From Nitrosopumilus sp. (lineage in GTDB: Archaea; Thermoproteota; Nitrososphaeria; Nitrososphaerales; Nitrosopumilaceae): a stretch of 64,000 nt of DNA. A program made the position numbers and the translations under genes. Location of the stretch: the NCBI GenBank assembly GCA_965206745.1, contig OZ242220.1, positions 32,001 through 96,000 on the forward strand, in the 5' to 3' direction. Below the pieces are notes generated by a model. That model worked only from the letters and a program-made list of their open reading frames with translations. It ran no database searches and had not been told where the DNA came from. Positions 37,396 to 48,205 of this stretch are shown here, piece after piece. The number at the start of each line of letters is the position of its first letter. Position 1 is the stretch's first letter.

Positions 37396-38196
37396 GTGGA
37401 TTTTAAGAACAAGGTTGTACTGATCACCGGCGCCTCATCGGGAATCGGCAGGGATTCGGCAATAGAGTTTGCAAGGCTGGGCGCCAATGTGGTCCTGGTC
37501 TCAAGAACTAGGGAGAGGCTTAAGCAGGTTGCAGACGAGCTGCAGGGATTCGGCGTGACTGTCCTAGTATGCCCGTGTGATGTATCTGACAAAGCCCAAG
37601 TAAGAGAGATGGCAAGGTCGGTTCTAGAAAAGTTCGGCTCTATTGATATTCTGGTAAATAATGCCGGTTTTGCAATATATGGCTCTGTAGCTGATCTTAG
37701 CATTGATGAGATAGAGTCTCAGATGGAGACAAACTATCTTGGAATGGTCTACTGTATCAAAAATTTCCTTCCATCGATGCTGGATAAAAAATCAGGTCAC
37801 ATTGTCAATGTAGCATCAGTGGCTGCCAGTTTTGGTCTGCCTGGAATCGCCTCATACTGTGCTTCCAAGTTTGCAATGCTGGGATTCTCAGAAGGCCTCA
37901 AACATGAACTGAAAGATTCCGGGGTAGGAGTTACCGTTGTCAGTCCCATCATGGTCAGGACCAACTTCTTTGATCATCCCTCATTTGAAAAAATGCCCAA
38001 ATTTTCCCCAACCTCGCTTGACTCCAGAACCGTAGCAAAGGCAATCATAAGGGCTGCAAACTCTTCCAGATTGGAAATCATAGTTCCATCTGTGGTGCGA
38101 GGTGCAGTGTGGATGAAGAACACATTCCCATACATTGTCAACCCGATTTTAGGAAGGGCTTTTCAGAAACAGCTGGATTCAGTGAAAGGTGACTAG
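37396..38196 (+). CDS. Short-chain dehydrogenase/reductase
   Basis: TGASSGIG, NNAG, YCASK. Confidence 0.92.
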   Translation: MDFKNKVVLITGASSGIGRDSAIEFARLGANVVLVSRTRERLKQVADELQGFGVTVLVCPCDVSDKAQVREMARSVLEKFGSIDILVNNAGFAIYGSVADLSIDEIESQMETNYLGMVYCIKNFLPSMLDKKSGHIVNVASVAASFGLPGIASYCASKFAMLGFSEGLKHELKDSGVGVTVVSPIMVRTNFFDHPSFEKMPKFSPTSLDSRTVAKAIIRAANSSRLEIIVPSVVRGAVWMKNTFPYIVNPILGRAFQKQLDSVKGD

Positions 38197-38198
38197 TC

Positions 38199-38600
38199 TC
38201 ATTTTTTTAGATCACCATCTGCAGATTTAGCAGTGTCCACATCCAACAGCTCCAGTGACTTTAGTTCAAACTGGTAGATCGCCTTCATGTCGATCTCTTT
38301 CTCCTTGTCTAGAAACTCTGATACTTTTTTGCTCAGTGGGGCCTTGTGCTGATCAAAAACAAACTCATACACTTCACCCTTTAGCAGGTCATCAATCTTG
38401 ATGTCCTTTGCCACATCCATAGTTACAATATGCCGCCCGTCCTCCACTGCATCATACAGCTGGGCATCAATCTTGCCATCCTCGTAGTAGAACTCTAAAA
38501 TGTATCCTGATTTTTTCATCTTTTGAGGCTTTTTGAACTTTGCATTCTGAATCTCATCTGTAACCCATTCTGGAATTTTATCTTCTTTCTTTTTTACCAT
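38199..38600 (-). CDS. Hypothetical protein (possible OB-like beta fold)
   Basis: In-frame ATG at 38600 (MVKKKEDKIPEW) just after the upstream stop. Confidence 0.7.
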   Translation of the reverse strand: MVKKKEDKIPEWVTDEIQNAKFKKPQKMKKSGYILEFYYEDGKIDAQLYDAVEDGRHIVTMDVAKDIKIDDLLKGEVYEFVFDQHKAPLSKKVSEFLDKEKEIDMKAIYQFELKSLELLDVDTAKSADGDLKK

Positions 38601-38611
38601 AGTAAACCCCT

Positions 38612-38926
38612 CTAGTTTTCTGCTTTTTCTTTTTTGCTCTTTGACCACCATTCCAGATAGTCATCATGCTTGTCATCACGTGTCCTCTCTTTCTGATTTA
38701 GCTTGAACCTGATATCTGAAATCTCTTCTCTTGTTGCGTACAATCCGCACCTTTTACAGATGAAATGTCTTCTGTTCTTTTCATCCATCTTCATTGGGAT
38801 GTCGATTTCATCAAACAACTTGAAGAGGGCATCTCTGTTCCTGTCCTCCTCCTCTGGGATATCCTCCACGTATTTTGCTTCTACCTTCTTCTTTTCTCGT
38901 GAAGTACATTCGGGACAGTTAGGCAC
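38612..38926 (-). CDS. Zn-ribbon hypothetical protein
   Basis: CPEC...CKRCG; DYLEWW. Confidence 0.75.
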   Translation of the reverse strand: MPNCPECTSREKKKVEAKYVEDIPEEEDRNRDALFKLFDEIDIPMKMDEKNRRHFICKRCGLYATREEISDIRFKLNQKERTRDDKHDDYLEWWSKSKKEKAEN

Positions 38927-38986
38927 TGTTGATTTGGCTTAATTTTTTCCATAAAAGCGTTCCCACAATCTTCGATCAACGATATT

Positions 38987-39054
38987 GTCTGACACGCGGA
39001 TTTTTTCATCATCCCTTGCGGTCCGTTCGCCCATCGAAATCCCGCGCGCCAGAC
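38987..39054 (-). ncRNA. Candidate structured small RNA (long GC-rich hairpin with box C-like motif)
   Basis: Minus strand GUCUGGCGCGCGG(G)AUUU pairs with AAAUCCGCGUGUCAGAC (17 bp with two G-U); loop holds CC-GCAA-GG and AUGAUGA. Confidence 0.5.
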
Positions 39055-39078
39055 GAGGAAAATCACCAAAATAATCTA

Positions 39079-40314
39079 TTATCTCTTTTCCTCTAATGTC
39101 TGGGCGGCAATCTCTGCTGAATTTTCTGCCCCATTAGGAACGAAATTCTTTGAGAATTCACCTAGATTGCCCTGAAACTCTTCATAATCCTCCTTAATCC
39201 TGGCTATTCCTTTAACCACGTGACCTGTCTTGGTTGCAAGTACCCCCAGATTCTTCTCTTCTGCCCACCTGATATTGTTTGTGTGCTCATCATAAATTGG
39301 AATTCCGATTATCGGCTTTGACTTTCCACCCATAATCTCACCCATCACCGTATGGGAGCCGTTTACAACTGCATACCTGCATAAATTCAGGACCGTATCT
39401 TTTTCCTGCTCTGATAGAAAGCCGACATCTATCTGTATCCAGTCGACCTTCTTGTCAAGTGCCTCTGTGACTGAATATCTTTTCCCGTCTTTTCCCAGCA
39501 CCGAATTTATCTTCGGATCATTTCTTGCATGTGAGATCACCCTTTTTTCATCTCTCATCTCATCTTGGCAAAATACCTCCTCGTATCTCTGGCCTGTTCC
39601 GTCATTGGTTGACTTGTTTCCCGTCCTCATCCAATATCCGAATTCGTTATCTTTGACTAATCTCTCAATCTCAGAACTGTCTTCTCTCTTGATCTGCCTG
39701 CTATCTGTAAAATGTCCGACATACGTAACCTTCTCTCTTACCTCCTTGACAAAATTCAGATTGTACTCGCACATTGTATACGGTGGCGGCGAATCTGCCA
39801 CAAGAATCTTTGTTGCCTTTGCAATCTGCTTTGCAATAAAAACCAGTGATGGATACAGATATGCCCTCGAGTTGTATAACTTTGGCCTGAATTGGTTTGT
39901 TACAAACAGACTGGGGATGTTTCTGTTTTTAGCTAGGATGTTTGAACCCATGTCCCCGTCATTGATTACCAGATCAAACTTTTCCCTGTTGTACAGCTCC
40001 CTCTCCCCCCTCAGATAGTCTGTAACTTGTCTGACCAGTGACGGATTTTTTGAAACCGGCAGTAGCAGGTTCATCAATGACTTGGAGACACTCGGACCGA
40101 ACTTGCCATCAATTGGCGTCGGCATTAAAATCTCATGAATCTTTTCCTTCTGATCGGGAAATTTTTTCAGCAACTTTTCATAAACGTGATCCTTGCTAGA
40201 AAAATGGACCTCAAACTCCTCTTTGATGTGCTTGCCTAAAACATCATTTAGCCTCATCATTCTTGAGTAATGGCCGCCTCCCCACGGATAGATGAATTCT
40301 CCTATTTTGAGCAC
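39079..40314 (-). CDS. GT-B glycosyltransferase (GT28/MurG-like)
   Basis: WGGGHYSR; C-terminal GSHTVMGE...KPIIGIP..DEH..N. Confidence 0.85.
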   Translation of the reverse strand: MLKIGEFIYPWGGGHYSRMMRLNDVLGKHIKEEFEVHFSSKDHVYEKLLKKFPDQKEKIHEILMPTPIDGKFGPSVSKSLMNLLLPVSKNPSLVRQVTDYLRGERELYNREKFDLVINDGDMGSNILAKNRNIPSLFVTNQFRPKLYNSRAYLYPSLVFIAKQIAKATKILVADSPPPYTMCEYNLNFVKEVREKVTYVGHFTDSRQIKREDSSEIERLVKDNEFGYWMRTGNKSTNDGTGQRYEEVFCQDEMRDEKRVISHARNDPKINSVLGKDGKRYSVTEALDKKVDWIQIDVGFLSEQEKDTVLNLCRYAVVNGSHTVMGEIMGGKSKPIIGIPIYDEHTNNIRWAEEKNLGVLATKTGHVVKGIARIKEDYEEFQGNLGEFSKNFVPNGAENSAEIAAQTLEEKR

Positions 40315-40344
40315 AATATGAAGCAGAATATGCCGTTTAAATTC

Positions 40345-41457
40345 TCAGTGATCTTCCAAAGAGTCTAGGATGTCATGAACGTTGTTAGGGCCTACCTGAA
40401 TTGTAATGACCTTCTTTGTCTCAAGTGCGGATTTGACTACCTTTGCCGAGAAGGGGGGGATCTTGCCGGTATGCATCGCAACTGATCTCTTCAATCCCTT
40501 GATGCCTCTCTCCAATCCAATCTCCCTTGCATCATCAAACAAGCTAGAGTCAACCCCGGCAAGTGGCAGCAGGGGAATCTTTCCCCTTTCAAACACTGCC
40601 TTTAACGAGTCATCGATGAAGTCTGAGGAATGAATCAATGGTGATAGTGCCAATGACACGCGATTACTGGAATACCGCAGCAATATCTCTGATATCGAGT
40701 TGACATAAATCAGATGGTTCTTCACTCCGCTCGGGCTTATCTTCAACTGTAGGAATTCAAGCTCGATGGAATCCTGCACCAGTCTTGGGATGATCTGGTT
40801 GATTATCTTTGCAAGATTCATCAGTTCTGATTTCTGCCTGTGGCAGACTATCACCTTTGTGTCATAGCCCTGCTTGATTGTCTCATAGCAGGCAACTGCA
40901 GAAATCTCGTCGTATACTGCACAGATGGTCTTCTGACTTTGTGACTGATATGGAATGCCGCCCCTTCCATCATCAGAGAAAATGCAGACATATGCGTTGT
41001 TTTTCGTAAGGTACGTGTATAGCAGCTTGTCAAAATTTTCATCTGTTCCCGGGCGGGCCCCCGACTTTGCCTTCTTTTCTATAATGCTTGATGTTGCGGC
41101 AATCTCCACGTCCTTTACAACAAAGCCCTTGGAAGTTCCCTCCACCCTTACTAGGAATCTCTCCCCCTTCAGGAGCAGGTTGCCCCCGATCGAGGTAATC
41201 ACAGAGACAATGTTCTCAAATCCGTTCCCTGTCTGCCTTGCAATGGCAATCCTTTCAATTCCAAAGAGCAGGTTGATGGCAGATGATGCAAAGACGGGAT
41301 CGTTTGCATCAACTAGTATTATCTCCCCGTCACGTTTGACGGATCTGAACTTTTGATTTTTTATCTTTAGAATCTTTTTGATGTTGGAGATCAGATGCGG
41401 AATCTTGTTCTTTGAAAATACAGTCGGAAAGACTACCACGTACGATATTTCATCCAT
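40345..41457 (-). CDS. THUMP-domain ThiI-like protein (PP-loop degenerate)
   Basis: FGIE, FLVRVEG, GRGGIP; SGGxDS appears as VYDEIS; start moved to in-frame ATG 41457. Confidence 0.7.
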   Translation of the reverse strand: MDEISYVVVFPTVFSKNKIPHLISNIKKILKIKNQKFRSVKRDGEIILVDANDPVFASSAINLLFGIERIAIARQTGNGFENIVSVITSIGGNLLLKGERFLVRVEGTSKGFVVKDVEIAATSSIIEKKAKSGARPGTDENFDKLLYTYLTKNNAYVCIFSDDGRGGIPYQSQSQKTICAVYDEISAVACYETIKQGYDTKVIVCHRQKSELMNLAKIINQIIPRLVQDSIELEFLQLKISPSGVKNHLIYVNSISEILLRYSSNRVSLALSPLIHSSDFIDDSLKAVFERGKIPLLPLAGVDSSLFDDAREIGLERGIKGLKRSVAMHTGKIPPFSAKVVKSALETKKVITIQVGPNNVHDILDSLEDH

Positions 41458-41540
41458 ATCCTCTATTTTAAATTCCACCTGCTTATAATTCAGGACGGAT
41501 TCCGGGTAATCAATATAAAACAAATAGTCCAACTGGAGAC

Positions 41541-42254
41541 GTGACAAAATTCACCCAAGAGCAGGTAGATGGCCTGAACTCGGAGATTAGAACTGCCGAG
41601 CAGGCATTGGAGTGGGTCTCACGTAACCTTCATCCCAAGGTTGCAAAGGCATCAAGCTTTGGCGCCGAGGATGCTGTAGTAATGGATATTATGCTAAAGA
41701 TCAACCCCGAGTTTCGATTCTTCACACTTGATACGGGACGACTGCCACAGGAGACCTATGACATCATAGATGTAGTCAGCAAAAAGTATGGCATCTCAGT
41801 TGAGGCCCTGTTCCCTGACACAAAAGAGGTCCAAGACATGGTTCGTGATAAGGGAATGAACCTCTTCTATGAGAGCATCGAGAATAGAAAACTCTGCTGT
41901 CAGGTCCGCAAGGTACATCCCATGAACAAGATGTTGAGTACTCTGGATGGCTGGATCACTGGACTAAGGCGTGATCAGACCAAAAACCGTGAAAATGTCA
42001 CAATCTTTCAGCTGGATCACGGCCATGGCGGAATTTTGAAAATAAATCCAATTGTTGACTGGACTTGGGATCAGGTCCAGCAATACATCAAGCAAAACAA
42101 CCTGCCCTACAACAGTCTGCTTGACAAGGGCTATCCAAGCATAGGGTGCCAGCCATGCACCAGGGCAATCAAGCCCGGCGAGGACATTCGAGCTGGCAGA
42201 TGGTGGTGGGAACAGCAAGGCAACAAAGAGTGTGGCCTTCATATAGACCCGTGA
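41541..42254 (+). CDS. cysH: APS/PAPS reductase (4Fe-4S APS-type)
   Basis: [40 protein letters not shown]. Confidence 0.95.
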   Translation: MTKFTQEQVDGLNSEIRTAEQALEWVSRNLHPKVAKASSFGAEDAVVMDIMLKINPEFRFFTLDTGRLPQETYDIIDVVSKKYGISVEALFPDTKEVQDMVRDKGMNLFYESIENRKLCCQVRKVHPMNKMLSTLDGWITGLRRDQTKNRENVTIFQLDHGHGGILKINPIVDWTWDQVQQYIKQNNLPYNSLLDKGYPSIGCQPCTRAIKPGEDIRAGRWWWEQQGNKECGLHIDP

Positions 42255-42267
42255 TGGAAGACTTGTC

Positions 42268-43407
42268 ATGTCAGATAACTCAATTAAGCCACATGGTGGA
42301 ATACTGGTAAACAGAATCATCAAGACTGATCCTGCGGGATTATTTTCAATTACAATTAGCGAGGATCTTGCAAATGACGTTGAGAACATTGCAGATGGAA
42401 TCTTTAGTCCCCTGGAGGGATTTTTAGGACGCGAGGACTTTGAAAGCGTCGTATCAAGTGGAAGACTGGCCAATGGCCTGGCCTGGACCATGCCAATCGT
42501 GCTTGATGTCGATGAGGAGACGGCATCAAAGATGAAGGAGGCAGGAGATGTCCTGATTAAGAATCCCGACGGGATAGGGGTCGCAGTACTGCATGTGGAT
42601 GAGACATTCACGTTTGAGAAGGACAAGACCATCCAGGGAGTCTATGGGACTAGTGACTCCTCGCATCCCGGCGTTGCAAAGACACTGTCCATGAAGGACT
42701 GGTTGGTCGGAGGAAAAATTGACTACATTCAAAGGCCGACTGACACCCAGATCAGAAAAAACAGGCTGACTCCAATTCAGACACGTGAATCTTTTGCAAA
42801 GGCAGGTTGGAAGACAATCTGTGCGTTTCAGACCAGGAATCCGCCACACGTGGCACACGAGATGCTGCAAAAGACGTCGATAACCACGCGTGATGGCGTG
42901 TTTGTCAATCCGATAATTGGAAAGAAGAAATCCGGCGACTTTGTAGATGAGGTCATTGTAAAGTGCTATGAGACCATGATAAAATCATACTATCCAGAAA
43001 ACAGGTGCCAGCTTGGGACGCTACATACTGAGATGAAATATGCGGGGCCAAAGGAGGCGATTCACCATGCAATTATGAGGCAGAACTATGGCTGCACCCA
43101 CATCATAATCGGGCGGGATCATGCAGGTGTCGGCAAGTTCTATGATCCGATGGCCGCACAAAAGATCTTCGATGACTATCCAGAGCTGGAGATTTCCCCA
43201 GTCTTCTTCCCGGCGTTCTTTTACTGTAAAAAATGCCTTACATACACAACCCCCAAGGCATGTCCACACGCCGATGATCTCAAAGAGCAGATCAGCGGAA
43301 CTGCACTGAGGGCGATGATTCAGGACGGCAAGGCCCCTTCTGAATTCATTCTAAGACCAGAGGTGGCACAGGTGATCTTGGATCATCCAAAGCCGTTTGT
43401 TGATTAG
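42268..43407 (+). CDS. sat: Sulfate adenylyltransferase
   Basis: [37 protein letters not shown]. Confidence 0.96.
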   Translation: MSDNSIKPHGGILVNRIIKTDPAGLFSITISEDLANDVENIADGIFSPLEGFLGREDFESVVSSGRLANGLAWTMPIVLDVDEETASKMKEAGDVLIKNPDGIGVAVLHVDETFTFEKDKTIQGVYGTSDSSHPGVAKTLSMKDWLVGGKIDYIQRPTDTQIRKNRLTPIQTRESFAKAGWKTICAFQTRNPPHVAHEMLQKTSITTRDGVFVNPIIGKKKSGDFVDEVIVKCYETMIKSYYPENRCQLGTLHTEMKYAGPKEAIHHAIMRQNYGCTHIIIGRDHAGVGKFYDPMAAQKIFDDYPELEISPVFFPAFFYCKKCLTYTTPKACPHADDLKEQISGTALRAMIQDGKAPSEFILRPEVAQVILDHPKPFVD

Positions 43408-43437
43408 ACTTTTATTCAATCAGATCCGCCCTAGCTT

Positions 43438-44106
43438 GTGAAGTACCTCCTTGCGTTAATTCTACTTTCGGGAGTCCTTGCATCCCCTGCATTTGCGCAG
43501 GAGCAAAACAATCCGTCACTAATCATTGAGGCGCTGGAAATTCCCTCAGACGAGTTTAACATCGTACAGCGGGAGGCGCCGATCAGGGTCTTAGATGACG
43601 TGCACGCAGTCAGCTGGCAGGTGACCATTGACAACAACCTCATCTATACAAACTCAAGCGGCAGTGCGGTCCTGAGACTATACGATCAGGAGACACTAGA
43701 TGAATTCATCGAGGTTGGCATGGGGCCAAAGCCTGAGAACAAGTTCTGGGTTGCAGTGCAGACCCCAAAGGAGGGCTACATCGTCGTCCATAGGGATCTG
43801 GACCGGGGCTGGTATCCGGAGGCCAAGTCCATCATATCGTATACTGACAGGGCAGGACTGACTGTAAACAACGGGGCAAGAATTGTGGTGACCAATCTCG
43901 ATATTGGCAAGTTTGCAATTCACTCGTACTCTGTCCATGGAATGGAGGGTTCCACTGATCCTCCAGCAACGAGTTCTGGCAGCATGATCATAGAGTTTCT
44001 GTCCGGCGATCCCGCAAAGAACGTGTTTGCATTGTTTCCATTTTATGTCGCAGCAGGCATGGGAGTCATAGTCGGGGTGCTGTTTCTGACTAAGAGGCGT
44101 TCCTAG
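43438..44106 (+). CDS. Secreted protein with C-terminal membrane anchor
   Basis: Signal peptide (AFA) and C-terminal TM plus KRR. Confidence 0.75.
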   Translation: MKYLLALILLSGVLASPAFAQEQNNPSLIIEALEIPSDEFNIVQREAPIRVLDDVHAVSWQVTIDNNLIYTNSSGSAVLRLYDQETLDEFIEVGMGPKPENKFWVAVQTPKEGYIVVHRDLDRGWYPEAKSIISYTDRAGLTVNNGARIVVTNLDIGKFAIHSYSVHGMEGSTDPPATSSGSMIIEFLSGDPAKNVFALFPFYVAAGMGVIVGVLFLTKRRS

Positions 44107-44746
44107 ATTTATAAAATTTGCAGTTCTTCTTTATCTGGCACACGTCACACATCGGCGAGACTGGCTTGCAGATGTTCTGGCCATACATTACAAACGTATC
44201 GTTGATCTCAATCCAGTACTTTTTCTCGATCTTTCTCATCAGCTCCTGCTCGGTCTCCTCTGGGTCCTTTGTCTGAACCAGGCCTAGCCTGTTTGAGATT
44301 CTGTGAACGTGAATGTCGACAGGGATTGCCGGCTTTTCAAATGCGTACACCAGAACGCAGTTTGCAGTCTTTCTTCCGACTCCGGGCAGCTGTATCAGGG
44401 TGTCTAGATCATCTGGAACCTTGCCTTTGTATCTCTTGTCAATAATCTTTGCAACCTCTATGATTCTCTTGGACTTTACGTGAAAAAAGCCGATTGACTT
44501 GATTATCTTCTCCACGTCCCTCACCTTTGCGCCGGCTAGCTGTCTGGGGTTCTTGTACCTTGAGAACAGTTCCTTGACTGCCTTGGTTGTTGCCTCATCC
44601 TTGGTTCTTGCAGACAGTATCGTTCCAATTAATATGCTGAACGGACCGGTCTCTGCATCGTGAAGATCCCTTAATGCCGTTATTCTTGGAGGCTTTACTG
44701 CGTTCATCGTCTTTGTCATTCCTGAAAGAATCCTCTTCATTTCCAA
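44090..44746 (-). CDS. nth: Endonuclease III
   Basis: ILSART.D, HhH LPGVGRKTA, VDIHVHR, C..P.C..C.....C FeS motif. Confidence 0.95.
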   Translation of the reverse strand: MEMKRILSGMTKTMNAVKPPRITALRDLHDAETGPFSILIGTILSARTKDEATTKAVKELFSRYKNPRQLAGAKVRDVEKIIKSIGFFHVKSKRIIEVAKIIDKRYKGKVPDDLDTLIQLPGVGRKTANCVLVYAFEKPAIPVDIHVHRISNRLGLVQTKDPEETEQELMRKIEKKYWIEINDTFVMYGQNICKPVSPMCDVCQIKKNCKFYKSRNAS

Positions 44747-44858
44747 CTAAAGACTGCCTACAAGTATTATAACTGTAAACAAAAATTTGCTCTGCAAGTG
44801 GTGTTTTCACTCAACTTTACAGAGCACAAAAAGACATCCATTTAATCTTGTCACATTT

Positions 44859-46385
44859 TCAAATTAATAACAAGAATAATGAAGTTGGAATAATCACATA
44901 TTCTGATTTTATATCAAATAGTGTTTTTGAAAGTACCAAGCCTTTCTCATTATCTGTTTTACTAAGGAAATTCACCATAGGAGCTAATTCTTTGAGATCG
45001 AGTCTATTCCTGTATTTTACTTCAATGGGTACTTCTATAGAATCTCCATCGTATAGAATAAAGTCAACCTCTCTGTTCTTATCATCTTTCCAATAAAATA
45101 CATGATTATAGTAGTCATAGGTCTGCTTCTTTTTGCTCATTGAAAATGCCCATCTAATAAGATGGTCTGCTACAATTCCTTCTACAACTCTGCTTTGATT
45201 CATTTCATCTTCCAAATATTTGATGCTAGTATCAAAATTCTCATTTGGACTCATCAACCTATTAAAAATATGTAAAAAGAATGGATCATGAAAATAGAAT
45301 TTTCTATCCTTTTGAATCATGGGTATTTTTTTCTGATCACCATAATGATGAATAATTGATAAAACAAAGAGATCATGTAAAGAGTATGCATAATCTTGTG
45401 CTGTATTTGGACTTCCTAATGCAGATTCTTTAGAAAGACTAGTCCATGAACTATGATTTGTCAAGCTTTTGATAACAGCGCCGCTAAATTGTTTTAACAA
45501 TGTTTCATTTTTACCTAATTCACTCCATTGACCTATAATACTTTCCAAATAATTTGTATAGATACTTTCATGAATTGTATTTGTTTTAACTAATTCATTT
45601 ATTATTTTTGGAATTCCACCAGTTAACATATAATCGCTTAACAAATCATTAATCTCATTTTGATATGCATTTAATTTTTCTATCCTATGATCAACCTCTC
45701 CAGTAAGTAATTTTTTAAAAATTTCTTCTCTGTTTCTAAACGAAAGTAATTTATTTTCGTTAATCAATTCTCTAATATCATTATTTAACAGTGATGCATA
45801 TTCTGCAAATTTCATAGGAAGTAAAATTTTATCATAACTATCATTGATTGTGCCTTTACGTCCAGGTAATCTTTCAGTAGCATTTCTAAGATTGATAGCT
45901 TGTGAACCTGTAGCCATTATAGTACAATTTTTTAATTTATCACTATCAACTAACCACTTGATACCTTTTTGCCAATCTGTTACCGATGATGCTTCATCTA
46001 AAAATAAATAGGATCGTCTATTGCCTCTTGCTCTGCGACTTATTTTTAAATATATTTCTACTAAATCTACAACATCTTGTTTAGTATCTGCTAAATCAAG
46101 AGAATAGTATAAGATATTCCACGGGTGTACTCCTTTAGATAAAAAATCCCTAATCTGTAATTTGACAAGGGTTGTTTTACCTACTTGTCTGGGCCCCCTT
46201 AGAGTGTAAACTACAGTGTTTTCTGGGTCAAAATCATATCTAATCACATGCCTAAGTCTTGGATCGTATTTTCTTTCAGATTCTTCCCATTCTTTGATTT
46301 TTTTATCATCTTGAATATTTTCTGGATCTCTCCACCATGGGTTCAAATTACGTACGTCAGTTTCTTTGATCACGTTTATTACCAC
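44859..46385 (-). CDS. AAA_14/DUF4143 ATPase with C-terminal PD-(D/E)xK-like motif
   Basis: NPWW, GPRQVGKTT, FLDEA, ATGS, PMKFAEY, YMLTGG.P, KFYF.DP, EVDF..IEVKY; low GC. Confidence 0.9.
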   Translation of the reverse strand: MVINVIKETDVRNLNPWWRDPENIQDDKKIKEWEESERKYDPRLRHVIRYDFDPENTVVYTLRGPRQVGKTTLVKLQIRDFLSKGVHPWNILYYSLDLADTKQDVVDLVEIYLKISRRARGNRRSYLFLDEASSVTDWQKGIKWLVDSDKLKNCTIMATGSQAINLRNATERLPGRKGTINDSYDKILLPMKFAEYASLLNNDIRELINENKLLSFRNREEIFKKLLTGEVDHRIEKLNAYQNEINDLLSDYMLTGGIPKIINELVKTNTIHESIYTNYLESIIGQWSELGKNETLLKQFSGAVIKSLTNHSSWTSLSKESALGSPNTAQDYAYSLHDLFVLSIIHHYGDQKKIPMIQKDRKFYFHDPFFLHIFNRLMSPNENFDTSIKYLEDEMNQSRVVEGIVADHLIRWAFSMSKKKQTYDYYNHVFYWKDDKNREVDFILYDGDSIEVPIEVKYRNRLDLKELAPMVNFLSKTDNEKGLVLSKTLFDIKSEYVIIPTSLFLLLI

Positions 46386-46558
46386 TGAACGGTTCTATAT
46401 ATAACAGAAAACAAACCACTGAACGGTTCTATATATAACAGAAAACAAACCACTGAACGGTTCTATATATAACAGAAAACAAACCACTGAACGGTTCTAT
46501 ATATAACAGAAAACAAACCACTGAACGGTTCTATATATAACAGAAAACAAACCACTGA
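46381..46558. repeat. 34-bp perfect tandem repeat x5.2 over the ATPase start and promoter
   Basis: ACCACTGAACGGTTCTATATATAACAGAAAACAA at 46381, 46415, 46449, 46483, 46517, plus 8 bp at 46551; no spacers. Confidence 0.95.
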
Positions 46559-46629
46559 TGGCATTGTCAAGTCTTCGGGATTTAGGCATCAAATACGGAT
46601 CTTTTATTCCGATTCAAAAATCCCCATCT

Positions 46630-46826
46630 AAACCTCGATACATCCAACCAAACAGTTCTGCAGTTACAGAACCGGGAGATCACCATTTCTGAGCAGAGCC
46701 CAGGTTCGCAAAAGTGAATCCATGAAAAGAATGTTCAACTTTATGACCTGCATCCTGACATGGAGGACACACGGGAAAAGCATCGTAGATGAGGTTACGG
46801 CGAGGATTTAGTAGGTGACCTCATAC
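46630..46826 (+). mobile_element. IS66-family transposase C-terminal remnant
   Basis: HPT...(REITI in adjacent frame)...RAQVRKSESMKRMFNFMTCILTWRTHGKSIVDEVTARI* resembles PTNNxAERxLR..RK..G..RS....TC..TW..G; frameshifted. Confidence 0.55.
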
Positions 46827-46872
46827 CAATTCAACAAATTAAGATACTTATCCTAGTATAGCAAAAATAACT

Positions 46873-47055
46873 ATGACTATGGCAGATATCAAACATGCAG
46901 CAAAAGATATAGAACTTTCAGGTATTCCAGAACTTTTCGGCGAACCTGCTAAAGCATTTGATGAATATGATAAACGTGCATTAACCAAAAAAGAAAAAGT
47001 GCTTTTAAAAGACGCTGATGATTTTTATCAGATTCAATATGCCAAAAATAAATAA
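46873..47055 (+). CDS. Small hypothetical protein
   Basis: 60-aa ATG ORF in the island. Confidence 0.45.
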   Translation: MTMADIKHAAKDIELSGIPELFGEPAKAFDEYDKRALTKKEKVLLKDADDFYQIQYAKNK

Positions 47056-47374
47056 ACAATACATTTTGACTATAAATCCTACAGATATGCTAACTCCTTC
47101 TCTTCTTTTAATTTTTAGAAAAATAATATATCTTGAACAGCTTGTTTGGTCAAGCCTACTTTTATTTTTCATAATAATTAATGCTGAAACATGGTTTTTG
47201 AATCAAAAATATAATGGACTTGATGCACTTTTGATTCAAGTACCATTTTCTGTGTTTGGCATAATTGGTGCAGTATGGTTTCGAAAACAAGCAAAAGCAT
47301 ACCCTCTTGTGATAGTTTGGCATGTCATATTCCTGGTAATAGTGATTGGAAATCGACCTTGGCTGTGGCCATGA
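47018..47374 (+). CDS. Small multi-TM membrane protein
   Basis: Three hydrophobic segments; likely start ATG 47087. Confidence 0.55.
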   Translation: MIFIRFNMPKINKQYILTINPTDMLTPSLLLIFRKIIYLEQLVWSSLLLFFIIINAETWFLNQKYNGLDALLIQVPFSVFGIIGAVWFRKQAKAYPLVIVWHVIFLVIVIGNRPWLWP

Positions 47375-47629
47375 TCATAATTCCAGAGCCCATCATTTTG
47401 AGATGTATTTCTGCATGCACTGTTAAGTGATGTTTTTACTCACCTGTACAATAGGTGATATTTTCAACTTACCTCCATGTACATTCTAGTCATCCTACAT
47501 ATGGAGAATGCTGAAATCACTCTAACTTTACAGACGAGTGAAACCCCCACTCAACTAAACAATGCACGCACAAATTACAGTTGTAAATTGTACACAACGC
47601 CTTTTAATCTCCACTGTGTGGTATTATCA

Positions 47630-48205
47630 ATGACTGAAAACAACGCAAAAATGATACTTTTTGCATCTCTGATTACTGCAATGATTCTGCCATTTAGTGG
47701 CATGAGTGCTGCGCAAGCTGCTGATGCAGTTGATGATGAGTCGTTAATTGCACAATATGACAGAATATTTAGCAGTGACAATAACCTATCAGATCAGAAA
47801 AAAATCCAAGTCATAACTTCAATGCAAAATGGAGTTGAAATACAACTCAGCACGCCGCAAGACCAAGACAAGGTAGCATATGAAGTACTAGAAATACTTG
47901 AACAGATTGATAATTCCAAATCAGTTGATGAAAGGATGAAACTTCAAGAAAAACTTGATGGAAAAACAGAGATTATGCTGCAAGTCGGCCTAGTTCTAGC
48001 TACAGAATATGAAAAAGATCCTGACAAATGGGATAAAGAGTTAGACAGAACCGCAAACTCCAAACAGCGAACAAAGATCGTAGAAGAGAGAGACTCCAAA
48101 GTAGGGCCGGCTACATATGGTGGGGATTCTATAGATATCATTTTTGTATCAACTGATCCGCTCAAAGCTTCCACTTTATGGCATGATCTTTTTTTAGACA
48201 GATAA
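47630..48205 (+). CDS. Secreted protein with KMILFASLITAMILPFSGM leader, probably truncated (pseudogenising)
   Basis: Signal peptide from ATG 47630; coding-like sequence with stops continues to about 48390. Confidence 0.6.
   Translation: MTENNAKMILFASLITAMILPFSGMSAAQAADAVDDESLIAQYDRIFSSDNNLSDQKKIQVITSMQNGVEIQLSTPQDQDKVAYEVLEILEQIDNSKSVDERMKLQEKLDGKTEIMLQVGLVLATEYEKDPDKWDKELDRTANSKQRTKIVEERDSKVGPATYGGDSIDIIFVSTDPLKASTLWHDLFLDR

Noticed and set aside
46381-46558. CRISPR array (34-bp repeats)
   Set aside because: Units are head-to-tail with no spacers, and there are no cas genes in the window.
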